Below are positions 61,893 to 64,000 of a stretch of 64,000 nt of DNA, in pieces. This DNA comes from Longimicrobiales bacterium (lineage in GTDB: Bacteria > Gemmatimonadota > Gemmatimonadetes > Longimicrobiales > Gaopeijiaceae): the NCBI GenBank assembly GCA_963422615.1, contig OY730414.1, forward strand, positions 310,001 to 374,000, given 5' to 3'. Under the pieces are notes generated by a model that had not been told where the DNA came from, did no database searches, and worked only from the letters and a program-made list of their open reading frames with translations. Both the position numbers and the translations under genes were made by a program. Every line of letters starts with the position of its first letter. Position 1 is the first letter of the stretch.

Positions 61893-62424
61893 ACCCCTCC
61901 GGATCTTCTCGCAATTCTTCAGGCTCGAAGCGGTTCAGGATATCCCTGACTTCGTCGGCCCGGGAAGCCGGAACCGCCACGTACACGCCGAAGGAGCCTC
62001 GGGAGCATTCGGGGTGGTAGGCGACCATGGGCCGGAAGTTGGGCAGTCGGGCGTTGACGAACAAGCCGATGACGGTGGCCAGGGCTCCAAAGAGGATTGC
62101 GCACTCAAAGGCAATCACCACGTACGCGGGGATCGACAGGATGGGCTTCCCACCCGTCACAAGGGGCCAGTCCATGGACGTCCAGGAGGTGAATGCGAAC
62201 CCCGTTGCTGCCCCCGTCAAGCCCCCCGCCAAGGTGAAGACCCGAACCGGGCTGTCAGTCAGCGCCAAGCCATCTTCCAGGAGTTGGTGCTCCGGCAGAG
62301 GCGCGAAGGCCCGGAATCCCTTGTAGCCCGCGTTCCGCAACGCCTTGCAGGCGTCAATGGTGGTGTCCAGGTGTTCAAACAGGGCGAAGAGCCCCTGGCG
62401 GCCACGCTTTCGTCTGGGCTTCAT
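61882..62424 (-). CDS. actD: Alternative complex III subunit ActD (DUF3341)
   Basis: FAPLP.H, two TM segments, DWPLVTGGKP..S.PAY..IAFE..IL. Confidence 0.88.
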   Translation of the reverse strand: MKPRRKRGRQGLFALFEHLDTTIDACKALRNAGYKGFRAFAPLPEHQLLEDGLALTDSPVRVFTLAGGLTGAATGFAFTSWTSMDWPLVTGGKPILSIPAYVVIAFECAILFGALATVIGLFVNARLPNFRPMVAYHPECSRGSFGVYVAVPASRADEVRDILNRFEPEELREDPEGFDV

Positions 62425-63794
62425 GGATCTCCCCGCTTCTTTCTACCCCCGAGGGGAGGCGGAATGACCTCCTTCATCTCGGCGATGGCCACCGGTGGCA
62501 GAAGACGGGTGAAGAGCAAGAACCAGAAGCCGAACCAAGCAAAGCTTCCGATCAGGATCCCCATTTCGGTCGCACTGGGACGGTAGACGCCCCACGCCCA
62601 GGGCTCGTATTCGTGGGACAACGAGGTCACGATGATGACAAAGCGTTCAAACCACATCCCGATGTTGATGAAGATGGAGATGACGAACAGGGCGGCGATT
62701 GACCGCCTGACTCGCTTGAACCAGAGCATGAGGGGAACCAAGCCGTTACAGGTGAGCATGATCCAGTTGGCCCACCAATAGTGACCGGACACCCGGTTCC
62801 AAAACGACCCCCGCTCCGGAGGCTCCCCCGAGTACCACGCCAGAAAATATTCAATCAAATAAGCATAGAGGACAATGGCCGCCGTCAGTAGGCACAACTT
62901 CGCCATGGCCTCGAAGTGCTTGACCGTCAGATATTTTTCCAGCCCGAAGAATTTTCTCATGGGCACGGCCAAGGTGATTACCATGGCCACGCCTGAAAAG
63001 ATGGCTCCGGCAACGAAGTAGGGGGCAAAGATCGTTGTGTGCCATCCCGGGACGATCGACATGGCGAAATCCCAGGAAACCACCGAGTGGACCGAAAGGA
63101 CAAGCGGGGTCGCCAGGGCCGCCAAGTAGATGTACGCCTTGGAGAAGTGGTGCCACTCCCGGTCCGTCCCCCGCCATCCCAGAGCAATGATCTTGTAGAA
63201 CTTTTTCCGAAGCCCCTTGGTATGGTCCCGGGCCGCCGCCAGATCCGGGATGGTACCCAGATAGAAGAAAACGGCGGAAACGGTGAAGTAGGTGGTAACG
63301 GCAAAGACATCCCAGACCAGGGGAGACCGGAAATTGGGCCAGAGGAAGCGGGAATTCGGGTAGGGTACAAGCCAGTAGGCATGCCAGACCCGCCCCACGT
63401 GGATGAGGGGAAACAGGCCCGCCGTCATGACGGCGAAGACGGTCATGGCCTCGGCTGCCCGGTAGATGGACTGGCGCCAGGGCGCGCGGAACAGGAACAG
63501 GATGGCCGAGATGAGGGTGCCCGAATGGGCGATACCCACCCAGAAGACAAAAGTGGTGATGTAGACGCCCCACCCGACCGGGGCGTTCAACCCCGTAACC
63601 CCGATTCCTCTGACGATCTGACCTAGCCAGGAGGTGAAGAAGAGCCCGATCCCCAGAACCGCCAGGGCAAAAAGGATCCACCAGCCTTTACCGGGGCGGG
63701 ACAGGACCTTCAGGACATCCCGGTTCACATCCTCGTATGCGCCAACGTCGGGGTTCGGGAGGGCCCCCCGGCGCCTCATCTCGGCGGTGGTCAT
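62421..63794 (-). CDS. actC: Alternative complex III subunit ActC (NrfD/PsrC family)
   Basis: WG.YI..FVFWVGIAHSGTLISAIL, RAAEAMT, HVGR.W, SPLVWD, VLSVHSVVSWDF, GMWFERF. Confidence 0.92.
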   Translation of the reverse strand: MTTAEMRRRGALPNPDVGAYEDVNRDVLKVLSRPGKGWWILFALAVLGIGLFFTSWLGQIVRGIGVTGLNAPVGWGVYITTFVFWVGIAHSGTLISAILFLFRAPWRQSIYRAAEAMTVFAVMTAGLFPLIHVGRVWHAYWLVPYPNSRFLWPNFRSPLVWDVFAVTTYFTVSAVFFYLGTIPDLAAARDHTKGLRKKFYKIIALGWRGTDREWHHFSKAYIYLAALATPLVLSVHSVVSWDFAMSIVPGWHTTIFAPYFVAGAIFSGVAMVITLAVPMRKFFGLEKYLTVKHFEAMAKLCLLTAAIVLYAYLIEYFLAWYSGEPPERGSFWNRVSGHYWWANWIMLTCNGLVPLMLWFKRVRRSIAALFVISIFINIGMWFERFVIIVTSLSHEYEPWAWGVYRPSATEMGILIGSFAWFGFWFLLFTRLLPPVAIAEMKEVIPPPLGGRKKRGDP

Positions 63795-63798
63795 CGCC

Positions 63799-64000
63799 CT
63801 AGTGCCCGCCTTCTTCCACCTGATGGAACGTGACCTTCTTCAGGTAGTGGACCGCTGGCTGGGTGTTGATCAGCTCGTCCAACACCCGGTAGGTACGCTC
63901 GTCGGCAACGAGCCGCGCAACCCGCGAATCCGGTTCCTTGACGTTCCCGAAAACGATGGCCTCGCTCGGGCAAACGCTCTGGCAGGCCGTGTAGACCTCG
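63799..64000 (-). CDS. actB: C-terminus of the alternative complex III Fe-S subunit ActB (partial)
   Basis: Manual translation EVYTACQSVCPSEAIVFGNVKEPDSRV...YRVLDELINTQPAVHYLKKV...GGH*. Confidence 0.88.
   Translation of the reverse strand, partial: EVYTACQSVCPSEAIVFGNVKEPDSRVARLVADERTYRVLDELINTQPAVHYLKKVTFHQVEEGGH

Overview
GC-rich, densely coding bacterial chromosomal segment with about 48 CDS. I found no rRNA, tRNA, CRISPR array or mobile element. The gene mix points to Gemmatimonadota or a related FCB-group lineage (inference, no database search): SusC/SusD pair, two short RpoD-family sigma factors lacking region 1.1, DUF2723, Wzi-like barrel and alternative complex III. From left to right: SusD/SusC, two lipoproteins and an octaheme cytochrome c-TPR protein; acyl-CoA dehydrogenase-ctaA-DUF420; E1-alpha-pspA-GlsB-M20 peptidase; hydantoinase A-DUF2723; rsgA and sigma factor 1; divergent HD hydrolase and GIY-YIG nuclease; a six-gene amide/beta-amino-acid catabolic cluster (mmsA, class III aminotransferase, small membrane protein, Na+ symporter, amidohydrolase, penicillin-acylase-family enzyme); Wzi-like barrel, M23 peptidase, pckA-maeB, BamA/TamA-like protein, sigma factor 2, short ssb, polA, cold-shock protein, TPR-SLT, exbB; lipoate ligase, MBL hydrolase, gcvP, gcvH; acyl-CoA dehydrogenase, a tatA missed by the ORF track, MFS transporter, TrmJ-like methylase; and actF-E-D-C plus the 3' end of actB. 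The most promising uncharacterised items are the catabolic cluster, the octaheme-TPR/lipoprotein/SusCD block, the hydantoinase A-DUF2723 coupling, and the paired sigma factors with a repeat-rich upstream region. All product calls come from motif recognition by eye. Start codons were adjusted by hand where an RBS or stop/start overlap supports it.
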